Made by a program: the position numbers and the translations under genes. A DNA stretch of 64,000 bases from an uncultured virus (IMG/VR IMGVR_UViG_3300012665_000858) (lineage: Duplodnaviria; Heunggongvirae; Uroviricota; Caudoviricetes). The stretch's first letter is position 1, and every line of letters starts with the position of its first letter. The stretch is taken from the IMG/VR virus record IMGVR_UViG_3300012665_000858. The stretch is one strand, 5' to 3'. The notes under the pieces were generated by a model. It was not told the origin of the DNA. It searched no databases and saw nothing but the letters and a program-made list of their open reading frames with translations. Below are positions 19,103 to 28,351 of this stretch, piece after piece.

Positions 19103-19330
19103 ATGACCGAAAAAACCGAAACACAAGAAGTTGCTAATGCACCCGAAGCACCAGCACAACAATCCGTAGATTTAAATGTTCAAGATTTGAACATGCTAAG
19201 GAGCATCATTGATCTTGCTAGTTCACGTGGCGCATTTAAAGCCGCTGAAATGGCCGCAGTTGGAGCAGTATATAACAAGCTCAATGGATTTTTAGAGGGC
19301 GTTGCTAAACAAGGACAACAAAATGGTTAA
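19103..19330 (+). CDS. Hypothetical protein
   Basis: AAGGAG RBS; TAAATA at 19060-19065. Confidence 0.7.
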   Translation: MTEKTETQEVANAPEAPAQQSVDLNVQDLNMLRSIIDLASSRGAFKAAEMAAVGAVYNKLNGFLEGVAKQGQQNG

Positions 19331-19943
19331 TTTAAAACACGTAGGACGTATCAAAGCAAATGGACGTAAAGTCATCATTGCTTACAGAACATTACCAGGT
19401 GAAAGCGATGCCGCACTAGTAGTCGATTCTGCTAGTCTATCTGATGATCAGCACGACACACTTATTAAATTAGTTGAAAGTCCAGCAGGACAAAGTGCAT
19501 ACGAGTTTGCAGAAGCAATGGCTCGTACTAATTTTCCAGACGGCAGTATTATGCTAGCCAATTTGCATTATCATGGTAAACTTATTAAGTTCAAGACATC
19601 TGAAATTGAGATGACTCCGTCTATGCAGGCTATCATTAGTTTAGATCAACTTAATCAAATTATCGCAGAACAGCGCGGTATCAGTGTTAACGATCTAGCA
19701 CTAGGCGGTGGCGCACAAGCAACCGAAGTGGCTACTGTAAAAGATATCTCTAATACAACTAAAACAGATGTTGTAGCAGAGAGCCAAGTTGCTAAACTGC
19801 CAAACAACGAACCGTTGACAGACGAGGACTTGGCAAAGTCTTATCGAAGTCAAGCAGATCGTTTAAGCAAAGAAGCCGCTGAGTTACGTCGTCAAGCAGA
19901 ATCACTAGTGCCTACTAAGAAGAAGGTCACTGCTGAAGCGTGA
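19323..19943 (+). CDS. Hypothetical protein
   Basis: Likely start MVNLKHVG at 19323; C-terminal coiled coil. Confidence 0.7.
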   Translation: MVNLKHVGRIKANGRKVIIAYRTLPGESDAALVVDSASLSDDQHDTLIKLVESPAGQSAYEFAEAMARTNFPDGSIMLANLHYHGKLIKFKTSEIEMTPSMQAIISLDQLNQIIAEQRGISVNDLALGGGAQATEVATVKDISNTTKTDVVAESQVAKLPNNEPLTDEDLAKSYRSQADRLSKEAAELRRQAESLVPTKKKVTAEA

Positions 19944-20260
19944 AGAAAAAATCTCTGCCAAAAGATGTTGTAGATCAATGGCCAGAGGTTTTTAGCGATG
20001 TAGATGTTAAAGCAATTCCCATACCTTATCTTTACTCGATGAGGATCATCTTTAAGGATGGAAAAATATGGGATATTAACATAGACGATCACGCTAGAAA
20101 AAATAGCATAGACGACCTCGAAGCACATCTTTCCGAATTGATTACCACCTATGAAGATTCTATAGAACATATAGACTTCAGGTTGGATGTCGAGCGTGTG
20201 AAGAAAGATGTAATGAAACAAACCAAGAGTTTTCTTAAAAAACCGAAAAATAAAATATGA
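19940..20260 (+). CDS. Hypothetical protein
   Basis: GTG start overlapping the upstream stop. Confidence 0.65.
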   Translation: MKKKSLPKDVVDQWPEVFSDVDVKAIPIPYLYSMRIIFKDGKIWDINIDDHARKNSIDDLEAHLSELITTYEDSIEHIDFRLDVERVKKDVMKQTKSFLKKPKNKI

Positions 20261-20790
20261 TAGCGGCACTTTTTGCAGTAGATAATATAGGTGGCATGGG
20301 GTGGAAAGGTTCTATGCCATGGCCTAGTAACAAAGACGATATGAAATGGTTTAAAACTGTTACACAAAATCAAGTCGTTGTTATGGGTCGTAAGACGTGG
20401 GAAAGTCCGGATATGCCTAGTCCTTTACCTGGACGATTAAATGTATTGTTCACTAATAAGTTTCTCGAAAGAGAAGATATAGAACAAATTCGCGGAGATG
20501 TTTGCGAAGCATTACAGAGCTTAAAACAAACAAATAGACGTAAAAATATTTTTGTCATAGGCGGTCCAAATTTACTTTTACAATCTAGACCAGTTCTAGA
20601 TAAAGTATATGTAACTAGGATACAAGGCGAATATTTAAACGATACCTGTATTGATTTGGCACAGTTCCTAGAAGGAATGAAATTACATCAAACAGTTAAT
20701 CTTGGAACATGTATAGTAGAAGAATATCACAATGAAACAATACCACCACGCACTAAAACACATTCTAGAAAACGGAAAGAGCAAGACTGA
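20257..20790 (+). CDS. frd: Dihydrofolate reductase
   Basis: GSMPW, DMKWFK, VVMGRKTWES, PLPGRLN, VIGG. Confidence 0.92.
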   Translation: MIAALFAVDNIGGMGWKGSMPWPSNKDDMKWFKTVTQNQVVVMGRKTWESPDMPSPLPGRLNVLFTNKFLEREDIEQIRGDVCEALQSLKQTNRRKNIFVIGGPNLLLQSRPVLDKVYVTRIQGEYLNDTCIDLAQFLEGMKLHQTVNLGTCIVEEYHNETIPPRTKTHSRKRKEQD

Positions 20791-21559
20791 TAGAACGGGT
20801 GTAGGTACTCGTAGCGTATTTGGTTATCAAATGCGTTTTAATCTGCAAGAAGGTTTTCCCGCAGTTACTACTAAGAAGCTCGCCTGGCGAGCAGTAGTTT
20901 CGGAACTTCTTTGGTTTTTAGAGGGTAGCGGCGATGAACGCCGTCTTGCAGAAATCCTACATAATACACGAGCACCTGAAAAGAAAACAATCTGGTCTGC
21001 TAACGCTGAAGCAGATTACTGGAAGCCCAAAGCAAAATACGAAGGCGATTTAGGTCGTGTGTATGGAGTTCAATGGCGAGATTTCAAGGGTGTAGATCAA
21101 ATTTATAACCTAATCGAAGGTATTAAAAAAGATCCTACAGGACGTAGACACATTCTCACAGCATGGAATCCTGCTGAATTAGATCAAATGGCATTGCCGC
21201 CGTGTCATGTGTTAAGTCAATTCGATGTCACAGATGGACGTTTAAGTTGTCAACTGTATCAGCGTAGTTGCGATATGTTCTTAGGTGTACCATTCAATAT
21301 TGCTAGTTATAGTTTACTAACACATATCATTGCACAAGAATGTAATTTAAAAGTTGGCGACTTTGTATGGACTGGCGGCGACTGTCACATCTACAATAAT
21401 CATATCGATGCTGTTAACGAACAACTAGCAAGAACTCCCAAAGAACTGCCTACACTGTTTATAGCAGTCAATAAAAAAATCGCCGATTTTGTAGTCGACG
21501 ATTTTATATTAGAAAATTACAATCCAGATCCTGCTATTAAAGCAGATATGGCTGTTTAA
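20732..21559 (+). CDS. thyA: Thymidylate synthase
   Basis: DRTGVGT, ELLWF, YGVQWR, MALPPCH, YQRSCDMFLGVPFNIASY, HIYNNH; uninterrupted. Confidence 0.97.
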   Translation: MKQYHHALKHILENGKSKTDRTGVGTRSVFGYQMRFNLQEGFPAVTTKKLAWRAVVSELLWFLEGSGDERRLAEILHNTRAPEKKTIWSANAEADYWKPKAKYEGDLGRVYGVQWRDFKGVDQIYNLIEGIKKDPTGRRHILTAWNPAELDQMALPPCHVLSQFDVTDGRLSCQLYQRSCDMFLGVPFNIASYSLLTHIIAQECNLKVGDFVWTGGDCHIYNNHIDAVNEQLARTPKELPTLFIAVNKKIADFVVDDFILENYNPDPAIKADMAV

Positions 21560-23499
21560 AGAACTAAGCATTCCACTAGTTTAATATCTGTATTGTCATT
21601 TGTTTCTAAAGCAATAGCAAATACGTCTGCGTGTGTATGCAGGGCTCCGACAACTGCAACGCCGCCTTCACTAGCAATCATACGATCGCCTTTCTTAACA
21701 CGGCCTGTAACTTTAACAGGAACACGGCCTTTAAGTGCTACATATAGACCGCCTTCCAGCCCACTGTTCATCATATAAGCAGGGTTTCCAGATATTGCTC
21801 CAATTGCACGTGATCCAAATGTACAGGCAGTAATTTCTTTTTCACCGCCAATCATAACAACTGTACCAACTTCGTAGTTATTATCTGGTAGATATTTTTC
21901 TGCCAAGTCAGCATAGTTTGCGGCAGTTGCAGTACCGCTAAACACGTTTGCAGTTAAGTTGCCTCCAGCATCACGGCGAGCAATAGTGTCTGCTGTAGAT
22001 GCAGTAGCAGATGCATAACCATTTAGTAATGCGGCAGAGCCTGAAATACTGATATTCCATGTTCCGCTGGCATCGCCGCCTGTACGTGTTGGTACATCAA
22101 AGTTGGTTCTAGCATTTGCGGCTGTACTTGCGCCTGTACCACCACGTGATATTCCTAATGTGCCGCCTACACCAAACTGTGCATCAACGTAATTCTTTGT
22201 TGCGGCATGATTTAAACTTGTAGGATCTCCTGCAAGTGTTAGGAACCCTGTCATTGTACTGCCGTCTAATCGAACTTTTGTACCGTCTTCGATAATGATA
22301 TTTGTAGTACCATCAAAGTTAACGCCATTTATAGTTCTAATAGTTGCCAATTTTGTAGCACTAGTAGCATTACCGTTAAATGTATTTGCTGTTAAGTTGC
22401 CACTGGCATCACGTGCGGCAATAGTATTAACACCTGCACTAGTACTTGCTACACGATAAACGCCTGCTTCGACTTGTAGAGCATTTGCGTTATCTGCAAT
22501 ACCGTAAAAGTTTGTAGCATATACTTCTTTCCATTTTTTAGCATTAGTACCAATACTAAATGTATCGTCAACACCTGGTTCTAGTTTTGTCGCATTAATT
22601 GTTAACGGGTTTTTAACGTCTGCACCATCGCGAACTCTAAAGTATACTCTAGGTCCAGTAGTATTTTGAATAACTGGTTCTGTACCAGTTTCGATGAATA
22701 CTGCTAAATCGTTACTATCGCCAACAGTATATCCAAGGTCACTGAAACGAACTGTTGCTGTAAAGTTTGAACTACCAGAACGCACATAGTCGCTGGCTAA
22801 GAATCCGCCAAGACGTAACGAGTTACTTGCAGTACCCCAATATAGATAAGTTGGTGTACCACTAACTCCGGTAGTATCATCTACTTCTTGTAAAGTTAAA
22901 CCCTTCTTAATTAAGTTAAATCCAACAATGATAGAATCGGGATCTGATGTGTCTAGTGTAAATTCTTCTCTAGAAGTAATGTATACAGGAATATCATTAA
23001 TGTTAGCAATGATGATTGAATAAGTTTGCGGGGTAGTACTGCCTACTGGAAGTCCACGAACTTGCTTGGATACCATTTGTGTTACACCGGCACCAGCACT
23101 TTGTGGGCCAATTGCTAACCAACTATCGCCGTTTCTTACTTTAAGTTGATCACGATTTCTATCAAACCAAAAGTCGCCGTTATTAGGATAAACTGGTTCT
23201 GTTGTTGTATACTCTGCTCCGCCAATTGCTTTCCATTGCTTTACAGCACCAACTACATCGCCTGTATAAATCTTTAATTTTTTATTACCGCTATCGTACC
23301 ATAACTGTCCACGGACTGCATTTGCAGGGCTTGTGCCTCCAGCAAAGTTCTCAAGTACATGGATAAAATTTTCGTTCTGGATTTCACCATAGCCGGCATA
23401 GTTTTTACCGATTAATTTAATATCTAAACTTTGATTGACGGTGCCGTCTTCGATTACTGCAATCGCTGTTCCGTCCCATCGGTTTATTGTATACGCCAT
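21556..23499 (-). CDS. Tail fibre-like protein with C-terminal chaperone-like domain
   Basis: N-terminal ENF...GQLWYD module; fibre repeats (RDASGNLTAN, AATKNYVD); C-terminal YADLAEKY...GRVPVKV. Confidence 0.75.
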   Translation of the reverse strand: MAYTINRWDGTAIAVIEDGTVNQSLDIKLIGKNYAGYGEIQNENFIHVLENFAGGTSPANAVRGQLWYDSGNKKLKIYTGDVVGAVKQWKAIGGAEYTTTEPVYPNNGDFWFDRNRDQLKVRNGDSWLAIGPQSAGAGVTQMVSKQVRGLPVGSTTPQTYSIIIANINDIPVYITSREEFTLDTSDPDSIIVGFNLIKKGLTLQEVDDTTGVSGTPTYLYWGTASNSLRLGGFLASDYVRSGSSNFTATVRFSDLGYTVGDSNDLAVFIETGTEPVIQNTTGPRVYFRVRDGADVKNPLTINATKLEPGVDDTFSIGTNAKKWKEVYATNFYGIADNANALQVEAGVYRVASTSAGVNTIAARDASGNLTANTFNGNATSATKLATIRTINGVNFDGTTNIIIEDGTKVRLDGSTMTGFLTLAGDPTSLNHAATKNYVDAQFGVGGTLGISRGGTGASTAANARTNFDVPTRTGGDASGTWNISISGSAALLNGYASATASTADTIARRDAGGNLTANVFSGTATAANYADLAEKYLPDNNYEVGTVVMIGGEKEITACTFGSRAIGAISGNPAYMMNSGLEGGLYVALKGRVPVKVTGRVKKGDRMIASEGGVAVVGALHTHADVFAIALETNDNTDIKLVECLVL

Positions 23500-23553
23500 T
23501 TGTTCTAACCCCTATATATGTTATTTATCGCTGCCACCTATTTTGAAATCTGC

Positions 23554-25401
23554 TTAGTAAGGTGCATTGATATCGCTCTCAAATCCCCATTGTCCTGGTT
23601 GTGGGCTTAGTCCGCCTCCCATAACAAACAATTTATCCTGTCTAACTACGCTAATAGAAACGCTAGGACCAGTAATTGTTTGTCCTACTGCTAGGTCGCT
23701 AACTACTGCTTGATTTTCAGATCCGCCTGCTTTATCAACTAAAATAGTTTGGAATTCTACACCCACTGTAGGACTATATGTAATATTTCCAGATCCTGCT
23801 GATAACGATGTTGTATGCAATCGTAGTCGTGTATCATCACGAGCCACACCTTCTGGTGATGTTATAGGATCGTAGTAAGGAGCAATAGTGTCTAAAATTG
23901 CGGCAATCTGGTTATTCGATAGTCCCGTTACGTCCATGCTCATGGAAATACCACGGTCAAACACACGGGCATCTGTATAACCTTTAGTGGCTGCATCTTG
24001 TTCGTCTACTGGGTCTGCTAAATCTACTATTCGTTTACTGCTCAGTGCAACGTTGTCTGCTGGATTTAAAACTAAATTTGAAGCCGCTGTACTAATTGTT
24101 GTATTGTTAATATACGTAGCATTGTCAACGTTAAGTGTTTCTAATGCTCCTAATGTTTGTAAACTAGAATACAGTACGCCTGCGCCCAGAGTATCTGTAG
24201 TTAGTACGCTTACATTGTTAATTCTATAAGCATTACCTGTTGACAAATTCCAATTAATATTTGAATTCCAACTTACATTAGACACATCAAATAAAATAGT
24301 CTTTTGAGTAGTGCCTTCTAATATAATTCCGCCACCATCTGCGGCTGCATCTGTAGGAGTACTAGGTGTTTTTCCAAGTACTATATTCTTATCTTCTAGT
24401 TCAAGAACTGTGGTGTTCAATACAACAGTATCGCCTGCAACAAACAAATCTCCTGCTATCTTAACGTTACCATTAACGTCTAACGTTGCGGAAGGTAATT
24501 CTTGGAAAATACCAACTCTGGTGTTAATTGCATCAATGGTGATTGCTTCAATTGTTCCTGTTGGAGATTTAATTTTTATACCAATATCCTGACCTGTAAG
24601 TTTATGTTCAATTGTAAACTTTCCGCCGTCAATTTTTAAATCCACGTCCTCCGACGAACCAATAACTAAACCTGTATCTGATTGTAGTGTTAAACTTCCA
24701 ACAATAACTTGATCTTCATCGTTGTATACAACCTGTTCAGCAGATTTTAAGTCACCGGTAGCAGTCAAAATATTTTCAGCACGAGTCACAATGACATCGA
24801 ATTTCATGTCTGGAAGCGATCCTGCATTAAATCCAATTTGAATATCTTTAATTGCATCGTCATATCCAACAATCGGTTGTGCTGGTGTAAATGCGTCTTT
24901 GCTGAATAGTCCTAATAGTGTACTGGCAACATATAACTTTGCAACAGAGTGTCCTCTGTTAAAATTATCCAATACTGTTTCAACTACAAATCCTGTAGTG
25001 CCTTGAATGTTATTATAGATTGGTCCTGCTAATGTTAAATCTGTGCCGTCATAAAACCACAACTGATTTGTTTCATTGTTGATCCATAAATCGCCTGCAA
25101 CTAAATTAGTAGGTTCCCTATTTCCAATAATAGGGCCACCGGCTGCTCTAAAGTCGCTGCCGTCATAGACATTTAATCGTCCACTGCCAGTATCATACCA
25201 TAACTGTCCTTTAAGTGCAGACTCGGGTGCGCTGGAACTAGCAAAGTTTTCTAATAACTTTACTAAATTTTCGTTGTATGATTCGCCGAATGCTGTGACG
25301 TTTTTACCTATCAACGTCAAGGACGTTGTGTTTGTGTCAAACGTACCGTCTGGTAGGTCAACTAATTGATTGCCGTCTGTTTTATTAATTCTATATGTCA
25401 T
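23554..25401 (-). CDS. Tail fibre / baseplate-associated virion protein
   Basis: Same N-terminal module (LLENFA...GQLWYD), DAATKGYTD fibre motif. Confidence 0.75.
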   Translation of the reverse strand: MTYRINKTDGNQLVDLPDGTFDTNTTSLTLIGKNVTAFGESYNENLVKLLENFASSSAPESALKGQLWYDTGSGRLNVYDGSDFRAAGGPIIGNREPTNLVAGDLWINNETNQLWFYDGTDLTLAGPIYNNIQGTTGFVVETVLDNFNRGHSVAKLYVASTLLGLFSKDAFTPAQPIVGYDDAIKDIQIGFNAGSLPDMKFDVIVTRAENILTATGDLKSAEQVVYNDEDQVIVGSLTLQSDTGLVIGSSEDVDLKIDGGKFTIEHKLTGQDIGIKIKSPTGTIEAITIDAINTRVGIFQELPSATLDVNGNVKIAGDLFVAGDTVVLNTTVLELEDKNIVLGKTPSTPTDAAADGGGIILEGTTQKTILFDVSNVSWNSNINWNLSTGNAYRINNVSVLTTDTLGAGVLYSSLQTLGALETLNVDNATYINNTTISTAASNLVLNPADNVALSSKRIVDLADPVDEQDAATKGYTDARVFDRGISMSMDVTGLSNNQIAAILDTIAPYYDPITSPEGVARDDTRLRLHTTSLSAGSGNITYSPTVGVEFQTILVDKAGGSENQAVVSDLAVGQTITGPSVSISVVRQDKLFVMGGGLSPQPGQWGFESDINAPY

Positions 25402-27710
25402 AGTACGTTTCGTCCAGTATTAATGATGTAGTTTAATGTTAGATATGGATTCATAACATTAAATTGTGATTGAATAGAAACACCGCCGGCTGTTTTTGGA
25501 TAATCTAAAATACCGCCCGAGTCTGTCATGTATTGACCTCTTGCTGTAGTAGTTGATCCTTCACCACTAATAGCATTAGTATCGCTTGGATCTCCAGGCA
25601 CGTTTCTAAACGCATAATATTTGTTTTCATCGTCACCGATTAAATCATGTACGTGATCCGGAATTTCATTGCTGGCAATAAGTTTCTTTTCAACTCCGCT
25701 GCCTTGACCTACTATATCCGCTGAAGGATCTGTAACTCTGTTTGCGGCGCCACCTCCTGTGGAGATTTGCTGTGTAGGATCTAGTTTACTTGGCACCGTG
25801 ATGCCGTTATTCATACTATCCATTGCCAACGGCATTCTACCACGCATATCAGGAAGTTTAAATGTGCCTAGACCTGCTAATGTAGTAATGTCACCGAACT
25901 GGTATCCGATAATGTCAAACAATTCTGGATAGGCTGAAACTAAAACTTCAGTACCATCGCAAAATAACCATCCTGAAGGTGCTGTTAATCCTGCAAACGG
26001 CAATACTACACCGCAAGGTGTTACTGGTATTGCTGTCCACAAACTTTGTTTTGTAATCTTTTTAAGACCTTCTGCTCCACGTTGTACAACAAATTCATCG
26101 CCTTCGGCAATAGTAGTAATTTCTGGCTTGTCTGCAATAAAGGATTCGCTTAACTGTGTATAAAAGCGTTTTCTGTTACCGCTTAAACCAAATCTTGATA
26201 CTGCACCTGCTGATGTTTGTGGACCAGTTTGAGTGCTGGTGTACTTAACGTAATCGAGCCCACCATCGGTAACTGTATAAGTTCCTCGGTATCCGGTAGG
26301 AGCAACACCAGAAACTACAATAGTAGATCCCGTTGGGTATGGAGCAACTGTCTGCGCCACAAAAGTCAATGTTGCTTCTGTGCCGTTGCCGCCGGCTGTA
26401 AGCGTATTAAGTGTAGGAGTACCTGTTTGTCCATCAAATTCAACTTCGTTAGAAGTAATGTCGCCGTCTAAATCAAAGATAGTCGGCGAAGCAAGTTTTG
26501 TAGACGATCCGCTGGCATTTCCTGTGAGCGATCCATAAACGTTTCCGTAGAATTCTCCGTCAAAACGTGAACTCCATATTCTTTGGAACTTCTTATCTAC
26601 CGTACCAATGTCTGCACCTAAATTTACATCAGGTAAAATGACGCCTGCCACTGTTACTGTATTTGTATTGTTAGTTCCAAAAGAAACATTTCCTGCAATA
26701 TCTAATGCGCCGGTAACTGTTATGCCGCCACCGAATATAGCACTACCATCAGACGTAATATTACCAGATGCATTGATGTCGCCTCCGACATCTAAATCAC
26801 TTTGCGGATTAATATTATTAATACCTACACGCTCTGAACTGTCGATACGCATAACTGTGCGGATAGCACCGTTGTTGTTCATACGAATATCTAAGTTACT
26901 GCCCGATGTCTTGTGGAAAATTACACCAGCGGCACCATCAATACTTAAATTTAATTGTGTATCTTCACCGATAGCAAGACCTGCGGCATTTCTAACGTTG
27001 ATAGGAAATGTTGTGTTACTAGTTGCATCGCCTCTTAGGAAGTTTGATGCTGAAACTGTGGTTGTACCTACCAATAAAGCCGCGGCCTTTTCAGCAGTAC
27101 CCCAGTATGTATTGTAATTACTGTTTAAATTAACACCTGCTTTGATTGTTTGAAAGCCTGTAATCAAAGTCTTTGGTGTAAATGCTGTTTTACTAATGAT
27201 ACAAACACGCTCACCATTAATATAGTTAGAAACAACCGGTTGAGCATTACTTAATGTATCTTCGATAAACTCAGGCTCTGCACCAGTACGAGCACCTTCA
27301 CTGAATCTTGGACCAACTAAGATCCAACCTGAACCAGTATAAAGATATAACTGTTGTGTATCAGTGTTTACCCATAAGTCGCCAGGTAAACTTGTTGCTA
27401 ATTCTGGCTCAACGTTACCTTTCTTTAAGCCGCCGGCACTGGACCAACTGGTGCCGTCCCATACTTTTAATTGATTAACACCTGAAGTGTTATCATACCA
27501 TAACTGTCCTTCTACTGGATTAACTGGTGCGCTATCGTTGGCAAAGTTTTCTAATAGATGTAAAAAGTTTTCAGCAATAATTGTACCATAACCAGTAACG
27601 TTACGACCTGGAAATTGTAACGATGTTGAATCATTAATGGTATTATCTTCTACCGTTAATGCTGGTTTATCTAAATTTGTTGAATCTGTATATCTAACTT
27701 GGTATGACAT
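25398..27710 (-). CDS. Tail fibre protein with tail-collar domain
   Basis: Same N-terminal module; collar motifs PSGWLFCDG, YPELFDIIG, FKLPDMRGR, PYLTLNYII. Confidence 0.8.
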   Translation of the reverse strand: MSYQVRYTDSTNLDKPALTVEDNTINDSTSLQFPGRNVTGYGTIIAENFLHLLENFANDSAPVNPVEGQLWYDNTSGVNQLKVWDGTSWSSAGGLKKGNVEPELATSLPGDLWVNTDTQQLYLYTGSGWILVGPRFSEGARTGAEPEFIEDTLSNAQPVVSNYINGERVCIISKTAFTPKTLITGFQTIKAGVNLNSNYNTYWGTAEKAAALLVGTTTVSASNFLRGDATSNTTFPINVRNAAGLAIGEDTQLNLSIDGAAGVIFHKTSGSNLDIRMNNNGAIRTVMRIDSSERVGINNINPQSDLDVGGDINASGNITSDGSAIFGGGITVTGALDIAGNVSFGTNNTNTVTVAGVILPDVNLGADIGTVDKKFQRIWSSRFDGEFYGNVYGSLTGNASGSSTKLASPTIFDLDGDITSNEVEFDGQTGTPTLNTLTAGGNGTEATLTFVAQTVAPYPTGSTIVVSGVAPTGYRGTYTVTDGGLDYVKYTSTQTGPQTSAGAVSRFGLSGNRKRFYTQLSESFIADKPEITTIAEGDEFVVQRGAEGLKKITKQSLWTAIPVTPCGVVLPFAGLTAPSGWLFCDGTEVLVSAYPELFDIIGYQFGDITTLAGLGTFKLPDMRGRMPLAMDSMNNGITVPSKLDPTQQISTGGGAANRVTDPSADIVGQGSGVEKKLIASNEIPDHVHDLIGDDENKYYAFRNVPGDPSDTNAISGEGSTTTARGQYMTDSGGILDYPKTAGGVSIQSQFNVMNPYLTLNYIINTGRNVL

Positions 27711-27712
27711 AA

Positions 27713-28327
27713 TTAAGCCTCATTAAAACCGGTTAAGCTCTGTACTCTAACTGTGTAGTCTATTTGGATTAAACGGTTTAAACTCTTCTGTACAGGGTGG
27801 AAAATAACGTGTGTTAGTAAACGACCTGTTCCAGCAGAGTCGTAACTTCTTAAACCTAGTTCATCAAACACATATTCTCCATCAGTATATGTGGCGTTAT
27901 CAAACGCATCCTGGTTGCTAGGCTCACCATAATCTAGTAAACAAGTGATAAGAATATCTGTATAATTTGTACCAGTAACATGACGTGTTTCTATCTTGTT
28001 TCTTGTCGGATCTAAGTTGTTTGTGCTTCTATCATCTACTACTTTGGTATATGTTTCATTGTACAAACTAGCATTAGATCCTGTGCTGTTAGGAGTTAGA
28101 TATGTAATAACTCCTGTAGGATCCACTGAAGTGCCGCCGTTGCCGAATATCATTTCATATATAAAGCCTTTACCGGCATTTGCTAAACTCTCTGCTAGAG
28201 ATATACTCATATTTTCATAATGAATAGCGTTTTTCTTATCAATAAAGACTTCTTTGGTATTTGGGTCAAATATCTTGATGTGCCCTTGTACTCGGATTCC
28301 TGAATTTTCGTTTGGTTTTGTTGTCAT
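27713..28327 (-). CDS. Virion structural (baseplate-associated) protein
   Basis: In the tail operon behind a TAAATA box; FGNGG, FDELGL, HPVQKS. Confidence 0.6.
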   Translation of the reverse strand: MTTKPNENSGIRVQGHIKIFDPNTKEVFIDKKNAIHYENMSISLAESLANAGKGFIYEMIFGNGGTSVDPTGVITYLTPNSTGSNASLYNETYTKVVDDRSTNNLDPTRNKIETRHVTGTNYTDILITCLLDYGEPSNQDAFDNATYTDGEYVFDELGLRSYDSAGTGRLLTHVIFHPVQKSLNRLIQIDYTVRVQSLTGFNEA

Positions 28328-28351
28328 GTTAAAGTCACCTGTATTCTATAT

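Noticed and set aside
20732..20790. DHFR-ThyA fusion or frameshift
   Set aside because: The 59-nt overlap is explained by a non-conserved-looking DHFR tail; ThyA has its own typical MKQY start and no slippery site was evident
20732..21559. Intron or intein in thyA, the PolB fragment, gp46 or portal
   Set aside because: Lengths and motif spacing are normal and no intein terminal motifs were noticed
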